In this document: positions 50,807 to 59,487 of the stretch, piece by piece
Numbering within the stretch: the stretch's first letter is position 1
Layout of the letters: every line of letters begins with the position of its first letter
Assembly: GCA_963695225.1 (NCBI GenBank)
Contig: OY968762.1
Location: 2,784,001 to 2,848,000, forward strand
Length of the DNA stretch: 64,000 nt
From: Vulcanimicrobiota bacterium
GTDB lineage: Bacteria; Vulcanimicrobiota; Vulcanimicrobiia; Vulcanimicrobiales; Vulcanimicrobiaceae
Direction: 5' to 3'
The notes under the pieces: generated by a model
Told to the model about the DNA's origin: nothing
The model's database searches: none
The model's input: the letters and a program-made list of their open reading frames with translations, nothing else
Made by a program: the position numbers and the translations under genes

Positions 50807-51070
50807 TCAGAGCCCGATGTCGCTGAGCCATTTCAAGTAGACTTGTGTGCGGGGCGACTCGAGCCAGGTGGCGACCGTCGCCCCGATCGCCGGAATCGAT
50901 TGCAACGTCGCAACATGCTCCCGGACCGCCTCATGCGAAGGCGCCTCCTCGCCGAGGGCCGCGTTCAGCTTCTCGAGCGCCTCGCGCCCCTCGGGGTGAT
51001 CGCCCAGCGCCTCATGCAGTTCATCAACCGGGAGTTTAGGCGGCACCGGCCGCGCATCATCGGGAACCAT
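50807..51070 (-). CDS. Small helical hypothetical protein (DUF4404-like C-terminus)
   Basis: ATG at 51070; acidic helical sequence ending LSDIGL. Confidence 0.6.
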   Translation of the reverse strand: MVPDDARPVPPKLPVDELHEALGDHPEGREALEKLNAALGEEAPSHEAVREHVATLQSIPAIGATVATWLESPRTQVYLKWLSDIGL

Positions 51071-51132
51071 ACGGTAGCCTTGTGGGCCGGCACCCAATCT
51101 TTCCTGCGCCCTCACCCTTTAGCGCGCAGACC

Positions 51133-51320
51133 GGCACGCGTTCCCAGGTAGCGGGTGGAGCGGGGCGACGCTCTCCCGCGGGGCGTGCAGCTTGCCCGCG
51201 GAGCCAGGAGGGCGGGAGCGGGCAAGTGCACGAGTAGCGATTTCGCATGGATGCGAAATCGCGGGCGTCCCCGCGGGAGAGCGTCGCCCCGATCCGCCCG
51301 CGGGCCCCGAACGCAACGCC
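51133..51320. repeat. Long intergenic inverted repeat with two nested hairpins
   Basis: Perfect 23-bp arms at 51161-51183 and 51269-51291, plus inner stems. Confidence 0.8.
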
Positions 51321-51392
51321 ACCCTCCGACGGCGTCACTGAGCCTGCCCCAGGCGGCGGGGCTGGTTCCGGCGCGGAGCGAACCTCCGGAGC

Positions 51393-51836
51393 GTGCAGTG
51401 GGAAGAAGTGGTCGCGCGGGTACGCGATGCGGCGGCCGCCTGTGCGGGCGGCGGGCTCGTGCGCTTGCGGATTGACGACGTGTCGTTCGGGTGCGAGGTG
51501 CGGAGGGCGCCCGTTGCGAGACGCCAGGCGGATCCGGCTCCGCCGGCGCCGTCGCACGAGGCCGAGGTCGTAACGCCGAACGGCGCGGCGCCGGCTGCGA
51601 CGCTCGAGACGACCGCCGTCCTGAAGGCCGAAAACGTCGGCATCGTGCGCTTGTCGCGCCCCGCAGTTCCCGAGGGCGGCCGGTTTCCGGGCGTGCGCGA
51701 GCTGGCGTACGTGGAATCGCTCGGCATTCGCAACCCGATCCGGACGACGGGGCCGGGAACCGTCGCGAAGATCTTCGTCCGGGACGGTCAAGCGGTCGAT
51801 TTCGGTCAGCCGCTCTTCGCAATCGAGTACGCATGA
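51393..51836 (+). CDS. Biotin carboxyl carrier protein-like (AccB-like) lacking the biotinylated lysine
   Basis: BCCP architecture ending G.V.KIFV.DGQAVDFGQPLFAIE and ATGA-coupled to accC, but ESLGIRN replaces EAMKMxN. Confidence 0.8.
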   Translation: MQWEEVVARVRDAAAACAGGGLVRLRIDDVSFGCEVRRAPVARRQADPAPPAPSHEAEVVTPNGAAPAATLETTAVLKAENVGIVRLSRPAVPEGGRFPGVRELAYVESLGIRNPIRTTGPGTVAKIFVRDGQAVDFGQPLFAIEYA

Positions 51837-53194
51837 TTCGTAAGATCCTCATCGCCAATCGCGGCGAGATCGCCGTGCGGGTGAATCGCGCCGCGCACGA
51901 ACTCGGCATCGAGACGGTCGCGATCTTCTCGGAGGCCGACCGGTCCGCGCTGCACGTGAAGAACGCGGACGAAGCCTATTGCGTCGGGCCCGGGCCTGTC
52001 GCGCGTTCGTACTTGAACATTCCGAACATCATCTCGGCCGCGTTGATCTCCGGCGCCGATGCGATCCACCCGGGCTACGGTTTCCTCGCCGAGAACGCGC
52101 GCTTCGCCGAGATCTGCGTCGATCATGGCATCACGTTCATCGGGCCGCAACCCGACGTCATCTCGCAGATGGGCGACAAGGCGACGGCCAAGCGCGTGAT
52201 GAGCGATGCGAAGGTGCCGATCACGCCGGGGAGCGGGATTCTCGAATCGGTCGAAGCCGCGGCGCGCGCCGCGCGCGAAATCGGGTATCCGGTGCTCTTG
52301 AAAGCGACGGCGGGCGGCGGCGGAAAGGGCATGCGCGAAGTGCGCACGCCGGACGAACTCGAACACGCGTATGCGACCGCGCAAGCCGAAGCCGAGGCGA
52401 ACTTCAAAGACGGCCGGCTCTATCTCGAAAAGCTGATCGCGCACCCGCGCCACGTGGAGGTTCAGGTCCTCGGCGACTCGGCCGGCAACGTCGTGCACTT
52501 GGGCGAACGCGATTGTTCCGTGCAGAAGCCCTCGCACCAGAAACTGATCGAAGAGGCGCCGGCTCCGGCGATCGCACCGCGCGTTCGCGCCCGCCTGCAC
52601 GAGATCGCGGTGGCCGCCGCACGGGCCGTTTCCTACCAGAGCGCGGGGACGCTCGAGTTTTTGGTCAGCGGCGACGATGTCTATTTCATGGAGATGAACA
52701 CGCGGGTTCAAGTCGAGCATCCGATCACGGAGATGCTCTACGGCGTCGATATCGTCGCCGAGCAGATCCGCATCGCGGCGGGCGAGAAGCTCTCCGTGAA
52801 TCAAGACGATCTCGAAGCGCGCGGGCACGCGATCGAATGCCGCATCAACGCGGAGGATGCGGGCTCGAACTTCGCGCCGGCCGCCGGGATGCTCTCCGAC
52901 GTCTCGTTCCCGGGCGGGTTCGGCGTGCGCGTCGACACGCACGCCTACGCGGGCTTGATGGTGCCGCCGTATTACGATTCGCTGCTCGCGAAGGTCGTCG
53001 CGCACGCGCCGACGCGCGAAGCAGCGCTCGAGCGTATGGATGCCGCGTTGCGCGAAACGCGCATCGCCGGCGTGAAAACGACGGTCGACATCTGCCGCCG
53101 CATCATTCACGACGAGCGCTTCCGGGCGGGCGGCGTTTCCATCGATTTCCTCCCGGCGCTGCTGGCGGAGCCGACGGCGCTCGTCGCGTCGTGA
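51833..53194 (+). CDS. accC: Acetyl-CoA carboxylase biotin carboxylase subunit
   Basis: KILIANRGEIA, IHPGYGFLAEN, KATAGGGGKGM, ERDCSVQ, FMEMNTRVQVEHP, ECRINAED, PYYDS. Confidence 0.95.
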   Translation: MIRKILIANRGEIAVRVNRAAHELGIETVAIFSEADRSALHVKNADEAYCVGPGPVARSYLNIPNIISAALISGADAIHPGYGFLAENARFAEICVDHGITFIGPQPDVISQMGDKATAKRVMSDAKVPITPGSGILESVEAAARAAREIGYPVLLKATAGGGGKGMREVRTPDELEHAYATAQAEAEANFKDGRLYLEKLIAHPRHVEVQVLGDSAGNVVHLGERDCSVQKPSHQKLIEEAPAPAIAPRVRARLHEIAVAAARAVSYQSAGTLEFLVSGDDVYFMEMNTRVQVEHPITEMLYGVDIVAEQIRIAAGEKLSVNQDDLEARGHAIECRINAEDAGSNFAPAAGMLSDVSFPGGFGVRVDTHAYAGLMVPPYYDSLLAKVVAHAPTREAALERMDAALRETRIAGVKTTVDICRRIIHDERFRAGGVSIDFLPALLAEPTALVAS

Positions 53195-53586
53195 CCCGCC
53201 GCTTCGCGCGGGAACTCGCGCTGCAGACGCTGTTCTCCGTCGAATTGGGCGGGCACGAACCGGGCGAGGCGCTGGGGCAGACGCTCGCCCGCCCGGGAAT
53301 CGACGAACAGCGGTCGTTCGTGAAAGACTTCGTCTTCGGAACGCTCGAGGATGCGGAGGAAAGCGACAAGCTGCTCGCCCCGCTGCTCGAGGGCTGGACG
53401 ATCGAACGTCTGCCGACCGTCGACCGCCTCGTGCTGCGCATGGGCGTGCACGAGATGCGCCGCCACCCCGAGACCCCGCGCCCCGTCGTGATCAACGAGG
53501 CCGTGGAGTTGGCGAAGAAGTTTTCGACGGAAGAATCCGGGCGCTTCGTGAACGGCGTCCTCTCTTCCGCAAGCCGGCTGCTGTGA
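53191..53586 (+). CDS. nusB: Transcription antitermination factor NusB
   Basis: RR.ARE.A.Q.LF, W..ERL..VDR..LR, INEAVELAKKF....SG.FVNGVL. Confidence 0.96.
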   Translation: MTRRFARELALQTLFSVELGGHEPGEALGQTLARPGIDEQRSFVKDFVFGTLEDAEESDKLLAPLLEGWTIERLPTVDRLVLRMGVHEMRRHPETPRPVVINEAVELAKKFSTEESGRFVNGVLSSASRLL

Positions 53587-55781
53587 GCGGGAAGCGGCGC
53601 CGGCGTACGAGCAAGCCTTCGCTCGCGGCGCGCTTCTTCGGGGCCGCCGGCATCGCGCTGCTGCTGATCGTGCTGCTCGCGGCGGGGACGATCGCGGGCG
53701 TCGTCTCGGCATATTCGAAGCGCTTGCCGGATCTCAACCGGATGGCGGACTTGCAGCCTTCGCGTTCCACGAAGATCATCGCACGCGACGGGACGTTGCT
53801 CGCTTCGCTCTATCACGAGAACCGCACGTGGGTTTCGATCGACAAGATTCCGCAGATGGTGCGCAACGCATTCATCGCGACGGAAGATCGCAACTTCTAC
53901 TCGCACCACGGCTTAGATTACGGCGGGATCGCGCGCGCGGCGTGGGCGGACTATCGCCACGAGCGTTTTCAAGGCGCTTCGACGATCACGCAACAGCTTG
54001 CGCGCGCGCTGTTCCTTTCGAACGAGGTCAAGTTCTCGCGCAAGATCCAGGAAGCGCTGCTCGCGATGGAGATCGAGCGCGCCTACACGAAGGACGAGAT
54101 CCTCGAGCGGTATCTCAATCTGATCTACTTCGGATCCGGCGCGTACGGCATCGAAGCGGCCTCGCACACGTATTTCGGAACCGACGTCGGGCACTTGCGG
54201 ATCGGCCAAGCGGCGATGCTCGCCGGGATGCCCGCGGCGCCTTCGATCTATTCGCCGTACGTGAACCTGCAGCACGCGAAGGACCGGCAAGCGCACGTGC
54301 TCGGGCGCATGGTGGCGGCGAACTTCATCACGCAAGAAGAAGCCGATCGCGAGGCGGCGCTCCCGCTCGGCCTCGTGGGCGAGCGGCCCGCCGGGCTGAC
54401 GGGCTTTCGGTATCCGTATTTCACGACGTACGTGAACCAGATCGTCGAGCAGCAGTTCGGCGAACAGGCGACGTACGAGGGCGGCCTCGAGGTCACGACG
54501 ACGCTCGACCCCGCGATGCAGAGGACGGCGCAAGATGCGGTCGATTGGGGGATCGGCCGCGCGGAGGCGGAGGGGATCGGCGCGCATCAAGGCGCGCTCG
54601 TCGCGCTGCGTCCTTCGACGGGCGAGATCGTCGCGATGGTCGGCGGCGCGGGCGGCTTCACGCTGAAGAATCAGTTCAATCGCGCGTGGCAAGCGCGCCG
54701 GCAGCCCGGTTCTTCGTTCAAGGTCTTCGTCTACACGGCGGCCGTCGACAACGGGAAGCCTCCGACCTCGATCGTCGAGGATACGCCGATTTCGTACCCG
54801 ATGGGCGACGGCACGCTCTGGAAGCCGATGGACGACGACAATCGTTTCCTCGGCGCGATCACGCTGCGCTACGCGCTGGCGCAATCGCGCAACGTCGTCG
54901 CCGTGAAGCTCGCCGAGAAGATCGGCATCGATCGCGTGATCGAATACGCGAAGCGCATGGGCATCAAGGAACCGCTCGAGCCGAATCTCTCGCTCGCGCT
55001 CGGCAGCTCGGTGGTGACGCCGCTCGATATGGCGTCGGGGTACTCGACGCTCGCGAACGGCGGGATCCACATCGATCCTTCGCCGATTCGCACGGTGAAG
55101 GATTCGCTCGGGACGATCGTGCTCGACAATCGCTTCCCGGCGCAAAGCGAAGTCATCGGCGCCGGGACGGCGTACGTGATGACGACGATGCTGGAGAGCG
55201 TGATCGCCGAGGGTACGGGGTATCCGAACGCCGTCATCGACCGGCCGGCGGCCGGAAAGACGGGGACCACGTCGGATTTCCGCGACGCGTGGTTCGTCGG
55301 GTTCACGCCGGATCTCGTCGCGGCCGTTTGGATCGGCAACGACGACTACCGGCGGATGAACGAATCGTACGGCGGAAACATCCCAGCGCGGATTTGGGCG
55401 CGCTTCATGCGCAAAGCGCTCGAGAAGACGCCGAAGAACGATTTCGTCCAGCCCGCGAACGAAGTGCAACGCGTCGCGATCTGCGGGAAACCCGACCGCT
55501 TTGAATACTTTCTCGTCGGGACGGGGCCGAACGCTTCGTGCCTTTCGGGCGGCGGCGTGACGAGCTTCACGCGGCGCACCGCCGACGCCGGAACGCCGCC
55601 GCCCGATGCGGCGCAAACCCCGCCCGGCGCCGCGTCGAAGGCCGCAGCCGCCGCGCGGCCGGCCGCAGTCGAAGTCGTGACGCCGCTTCCCGAGGTGAAG
55701 CGGGACGAGCCGACCGCGGCGCCGCCGACGGATGCACCGGCGCAAGACCCGGCGCCGCCGGGGCCGGAGCCGACGCCCTGA
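53583..55781 (+). CDS. Class A penicillin-binding protein (PBP1A family)
   Basis: EDRNFY.H.G, GASTITQQ, RKIQE, KDEILE.YLN; SSFK, SRN and KTG transpeptidase motifs. Confidence 0.96.
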   Translation: MSGKRRRRTSKPSLAARFFGAAGIALLLIVLLAAGTIAGVVSAYSKRLPDLNRMADLQPSRSTKIIARDGTLLASLYHENRTWVSIDKIPQMVRNAFIATEDRNFYSHHGLDYGGIARAAWADYRHERFQGASTITQQLARALFLSNEVKFSRKIQEALLAMEIERAYTKDEILERYLNLIYFGSGAYGIEAASHTYFGTDVGHLRIGQAAMLAGMPAAPSIYSPYVNLQHAKDRQAHVLGRMVAANFITQEEADREAALPLGLVGERPAGLTGFRYPYFTTYVNQIVEQQFGEQATYEGGLEVTTTLDPAMQRTAQDAVDWGIGRAEAEGIGAHQGALVALRPSTGEIVAMVGGAGGFTLKNQFNRAWQARRQPGSSFKVFVYTAAVDNGKPPTSIVEDTPISYPMGDGTLWKPMDDDNRFLGAITLRYALAQSRNVVAVKLAEKIGIDRVIEYAKRMGIKEPLEPNLSLALGSSVVTPLDMASGYSTLANGGIHIDPSPIRTVKDSLGTIVLDNRFPAQSEVIGAGTAYVMTTMLESVIAEGTGYPNAVIDRPAAGKTGTTSDFRDAWFVGFTPDLVAAVWIGNDDYRRMNESYGGNIPARIWARFMRKALEKTPKNDFVQPANEVQRVAICGKPDRFEYFLVGTGPNASCLSGGGVTSFTRRTADAGTPPPDAAQTPPGAASKAAAAARPAAVEVVTPLPEVKRDEPTAAPPTDAPAQDPAPPGPEPTP

Positions 55782-57208
55782 TCCGCGGCGAGGGCACGCC
55801 GGCCGCGAAGCCCCGCATATGGGGCGTGCGCGAGCTCGCGCGCTACCTCGCGCGCAAATTCGAGGATCCCAAGCTCACGGATATCGGCGTGCGCGGGGAG
55901 ATCACCGGCGCGAAGAACGGCGCGTCGGCGAGCGGCACGATGTACTTCGGGCTCAAGGGGCCCAATGTCGTGCTGCCGTGCGTGGCCTTCAGTTCGGTGG
56001 CGCAGTCGCTCGCGAAGATCGAGGACGGGCTCGAAGCGATCGTCTACGGGCAAGTGCGGTTCTACGAGAATCGCAGCACGTGCCAGCTCTACGTGACGCG
56101 CGTCGAGCTCGTCGGCGCGGGTTCGTTCGCGCAGATCTACGAGCGCACGAAGCGGAAACTCGAAGCGGAGGGCCTGTTCGATCCGTCGCGCAAGCGGCCG
56201 ATTCCGCGCTTCCCGTTCCGCATCGTGCTCGTTTCCTCGCCGGGCGCGGACGGCGCGAACGATTTCATCGGCGCGCTGCGGGAGCGCTGCCCGTTCCTCG
56301 ACGTGCGGCTCGAGCAGACGCTCGTGCAAGGCGCGAACGCGCCGCCCGCGATCGCGCAGGCGCTCGCGCGCGCCGGGAGGAGCGGGGCGGATTTGATCGT
56401 CGTCGCGCGCGGCGGCGGATCGGACGAGGACCGCATCCCCTTCAACGACGAGCAAGTCGCGCGCGCGATCGCGCGCTCGCCGATCCCCGTGATGACGGCG
56501 ATCGGGCACCGCGCCGACCATCACATCGCCGACGACGTCGCGGATTTCAAGGCCGACGTCCCGCGCGACGCCGCGAACCACATCGCGCGCGAGTTCCTGG
56601 AATTGCCGCAGCGCTTCCGGGATGCGCAGCAACGGATGCGCGCGAGCGTCCTGCGCCGCATCGAGAGCGAGCGCAAGCGCGTGGAGCGGCTCGCCGGATC
56701 GCCGTTCCTGAACCGCTTCGACCGGATCGCAGGGGCGAAGCTGCAAATGCTCGACCAGCTCGCCGCCGGCGTCCCGCGCGCGCAGGCTCAGGTCGTGCGC
56801 CGGAAGAGCGACCGGCTCGCGGGCATCGAGCGGCGCCTCGCGCGCTTCGATCCGAGCGTGCGGCTCGCGCAACGGGGCGCGCGGATCTCCGGCCTCGAGC
56901 AGGCGCTCGCGCTGCATTGGGCGGCCCATGCGAAGGCGGCGACGCGCGACCTGGCCGACCGCGAGCGTTCGCTCGACCGCGCGATCGCGGAGCGGCTGCG
57001 GGCGGGCGAACAGCGAGTCGAGCGGCTCCGCCTGCAGCTCGCGGGGAAGGATCCGGTCAAGGTGCTGCAGCTCGGCTACGCGATCGTCCGCAAGGACGGC
57101 CGGGCCGTCCGAGATGCCGCGCAGTTCGGCCCGGGCGACGCGCTCGATGCCCAGCTCGCGCATGGGACGGTGCGGGCGCGGGTCGAAGAGAGCATGCGCG
57201 ATGAGTGA
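55778..57208 (+). CDS. xseA: Exodeoxyribonuclease VII large subunit; probable CTG start
   Basis: V.GEI, SG.MYF.LK, L.AEGLFD..RK.PIP, VQG..A, ARGGGS.ED...FN, AIGH..D; upstream of xseB. Confidence 0.94.
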   Translation: MIRGEGTPAAKPRIWGVRELARYLARKFEDPKLTDIGVRGEITGAKNGASASGTMYFGLKGPNVVLPCVAFSSVAQSLAKIEDGLEAIVYGQVRFYENRSTCQLYVTRVELVGAGSFAQIYERTKRKLEAEGLFDPSRKRPIPRFPFRIVLVSSPGADGANDFIGALRERCPFLDVRLEQTLVQGANAPPAIAQALARAGRSGADLIVVARGGGSDEDRIPFNDEQVARAIARSPIPVMTAIGHRADHHIADDVADFKADVPRDAANHIAREFLELPQRFRDAQQRMRASVLRRIESERKRVERLAGSPFLNRFDRIAGAKLQMLDQLAAGVPRAQAQVVRRKSDRLAGIERRLARFDPSVRLAQRGARISGLEQALALHWAAHAKAATRDLADRERSLDRAIAERLRAGEQRVERLRLQLAGKDPVKVLQLGYAIVRKDGRAVRDAAQFGPGDALDAQLAHGTVRARVEESMRDE

Positions 57209-57491
57209 GAAGCGTTCGGAGACCTTCGAAGCCGGGATCGACCAACTCGACAAGATCGTCAAGCGCCTGGAATCCGGCGAGGTCGACCTCGACGAATCGG
57301 TCGAGCTTTTCAAACAGGGCCAGTTGCTCGTGAAGCGCTGCCAAGCGCAGTTGCAGCAAGCGCAAGACGCGGTGAAAGCCGCGCTCGAAGCGCCCGCCGC
57401 CGCGCCGAAAGAAGAAGCCCCCCCGCCACGGGCAGCCGCGACCCAGCAACGCGCGCCAAGCCTGCTCGACGACGAAGAGATTCCGTTCTGA
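57201..57491 (+). CDS. xseB: Exodeoxyribonuclease VII small subunit
   Basis: FE.....L..IV..LESG...LDES..LF..G..L...C...L..A. Confidence 0.94.
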   Translation: MSEKRSETFEAGIDQLDKIVKRLESGEVDLDESVELFKQGQLLVKRCQAQLQQAQDAVKAALEAPAAAPKEEAPPPRAAATQQRAPSLLDDEEIPF

Positions 57492-57498
57492 CACCAAC

Positions 57499-57690
57499 TT
57501 ACAGAAAGGGGAGGACGTCGGTTGGCAGCCGTCGTCCCTTCTTCACCGGATTCGTCCGCTGAAGATTCACGATAATCTCGTGAAGCAACGTCGGCGTCGC
57601 TAGGACGTCGAACCACATCGTCAGCTCGTCGAAGGCGTCCGCTCCAATCCTTTGCAAGGCCGACTTGTCGATGACGAGCCGCGGGTTCAC
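57499..57690 (-). pseudogene. Short, probably truncated gene with a PIN-like N-terminus
   Basis: MNPRLVIDKSALQ...TPTLLHEI resembles the first strand and helices of a PIN-like fold; GTGA-coupled to the upstream gene; stops after 63 aa at the island edge. Confidence 0.45.
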
Positions 57691-58343
57691 GACGCTTGGC
57701 TTTCGTTGCGAGATTCGGCACTGGCGAATCGGTGGTTACGCTCCGCGTTCTTCAGGATCTGCCTGAGCGCGTGGAGATAGCGAACGGAGAGTTCGACAAC
57801 GGTCTCGCCGCGTGGTGCGAGTTTCCTATACGCTTCTTCCGTGTCGGGTTCGAGCCCGTCGAGCGTGAAGGCGTAGGTCGGGTTCACGAGGCCGGTGACA
57901 CGCATCTTGTTAGGCATCAAGCCTCCGCCCGGAGCCGGGATCAGGACCGAATCAGGCTCGCCGACGTATTGGATCCTATTCGTCTTGCTGATGAGGCGCG
58001 GTCGATACTGGTGACCTGACTGGGCGGCGAGAAGGCGGAAGAAGTCGAAGAGGTCACGGTCGCCATCACACCGCCTCTTGAACCATGCCGCGCACTTCGA
58101 GGCGTCCGAAGCGACCCGGAGATACTCGCGCGCTGTTCTCGCTGTACGTAAGAAGTTGTTGAAGTCGCGGATGAAGAGACGCTCGCTCTCCGCCTTGGCG
58201 TCGGGGTCGCCGTCCCTCTGCGAGTTCGTCGCCACTGCGGCTTCCTGCTTGATCGCCGCGCCGAGGAAGTCTCCGGCGTCTCGGAGCTCCTGTTCGATCT
58301 CAGGACAGGTGGCGATCCTCTTCGAAGGCGTCCCTCTAGGCAC
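57687..58343 (-). CDS. Hypothetical protein, possibly HEPN-like
   Basis: 218-aa ORF; helical F..FL..AR....L...W...LF.FF..L.....H pattern. Confidence 0.6.
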   Translation of the reverse strand: MPRGTPSKRIATCPEIEQELRDAGDFLGAAIKQEAAVATNSQRDGDPDAKAESERLFIRDFNNFLRTARTAREYLRVASDASKCAAWFKRRCDGDRDLFDFFRLLAAQSGHQYRPRLISKTNRIQYVGEPDSVLIPAPGGGLMPNKMRVTGLVNPTYAFTLDGLEPDTEEAYRKLAPRGETVVELSVRYLHALRQILKNAERNHRFASAESRNESQAS

Positions 58344-58480
58344 GTTTGGCCGGCCTTTTTTCGCGGGGATCGCGGAAGTTGGCGAACACGAGCAGATCTC
58401 CCAACGGAAAGGCAGCCCGAATGTCGCTAGCGTCCTCTGGACTCCTAGACATGCTCTGTCCTCCGACTCGCATCCACGCC

Positions 58481-59296
58481 TTACAAACCAAGTTGGGTTT
58501 CGTGTCGATCAACGGCAATGCTCCATAATCCAAAGACACGGTCCACGGTCGCAGTGTCGTAGCCGAATCGCGGTGCTACGAAGTTGCAGAAATGCATCAG
58601 GAGGCGCGCTATTTCCAATACCCTCGCGTTTGGTTCGGCCATAAGTGAAACTTCCCGAATCGCCCACTCTGTGTCACTTGAGACGTCGAATAGGTCTTCG
58701 GCAACGAGTGCGCGGCAGTGCACGAACAGCGAAGGCGTATCGATATGGCTGAATATCAGACTTCGGAGCTGCGTCGCGTCAGCGATCAGCGTCGCCCACG
58801 TCGTCTCAGCGGCTGCCAGAAGAGATGCCTCCCGAGTTAGCTCGGCCTCGGGCGTCTGCGCGAGATACTCGGCGATGTGGCGCTGTACGCCGGGCGGGAC
58901 TACCGTGTTCTTGACGAGAGGCGCATTCGGTTTGCCACCGACGCGACGCACTTCTTCGCGAGCCGCGAACGCGGGCAACGCCTTCCAGCACGCGAAGGCA
59001 AACTCTGGACGCAAATTCCAGTCCATCGTCCGCACCATCGCCTCGAACAGGCAGCGGTCGAGCGCGATGCCCGCATAAGAACGCCCTGCCGAGAACTCCG
59101 CGACGGCGCCACGCGCGTGTTCCTGGGCGAGATGCATGCCGCAAATCGTGAGGTACCAAACCGCACTGTCCATTGGCTCCGCTGGAGGTGCCTTAGCTAC
59201 TACTAGCCGCGTAAGTGTTTCCAGGAGCGTCACCGCCTCTTCACCGACCTCGACGACGTCGCTCCTGATGTGCGTCGACTCAGGGCCCCGCCTCAT
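58481..59296 (-). CDS. Hypothetical protein, DUF5677/HEPN-like
   Basis: AGGGAG RBS; A.IAL.R.LFEA and S.FVH motifs in an all-helical sequence. Confidence 0.6.
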   Translation of the reverse strand: MRRGPESTHIRSDVVEVGEEAVTLLETLTRLVVAKAPPAEPMDSAVWYLTICGMHLAQEHARGAVAEFSAGRSYAGIALDRCLFEAMVRTMDWNLRPEFAFACWKALPAFAAREEVRRVGGKPNAPLVKNTVVPPGVQRHIAEYLAQTPEAELTREASLLAAAETTWATLIADATQLRSLIFSHIDTPSLFVHCRALVAEDLFDVSSDTEWAIREVSLMAEPNARVLEIARLLMHFCNFVAPRFGYDTATVDRVFGLWSIAVDRHETQLGL

Positions 59297-59487
59297 CGTT
59301 CTCGCTCCCTTTCGCTATTGAGCCACTCTCGCGCCATGAGATTCGGTACTCCCAACGCTACGCACTGAAGTGGATGGTGGCCGCGGCAGCGAGACACGTT
59401 CACAACTGTACATTCGCATGAGCAACGAATGGAATGAACGGCCACCGGATAGGCATAACGTCCCTCTTGCCATGTCCGCTCGCGTTG

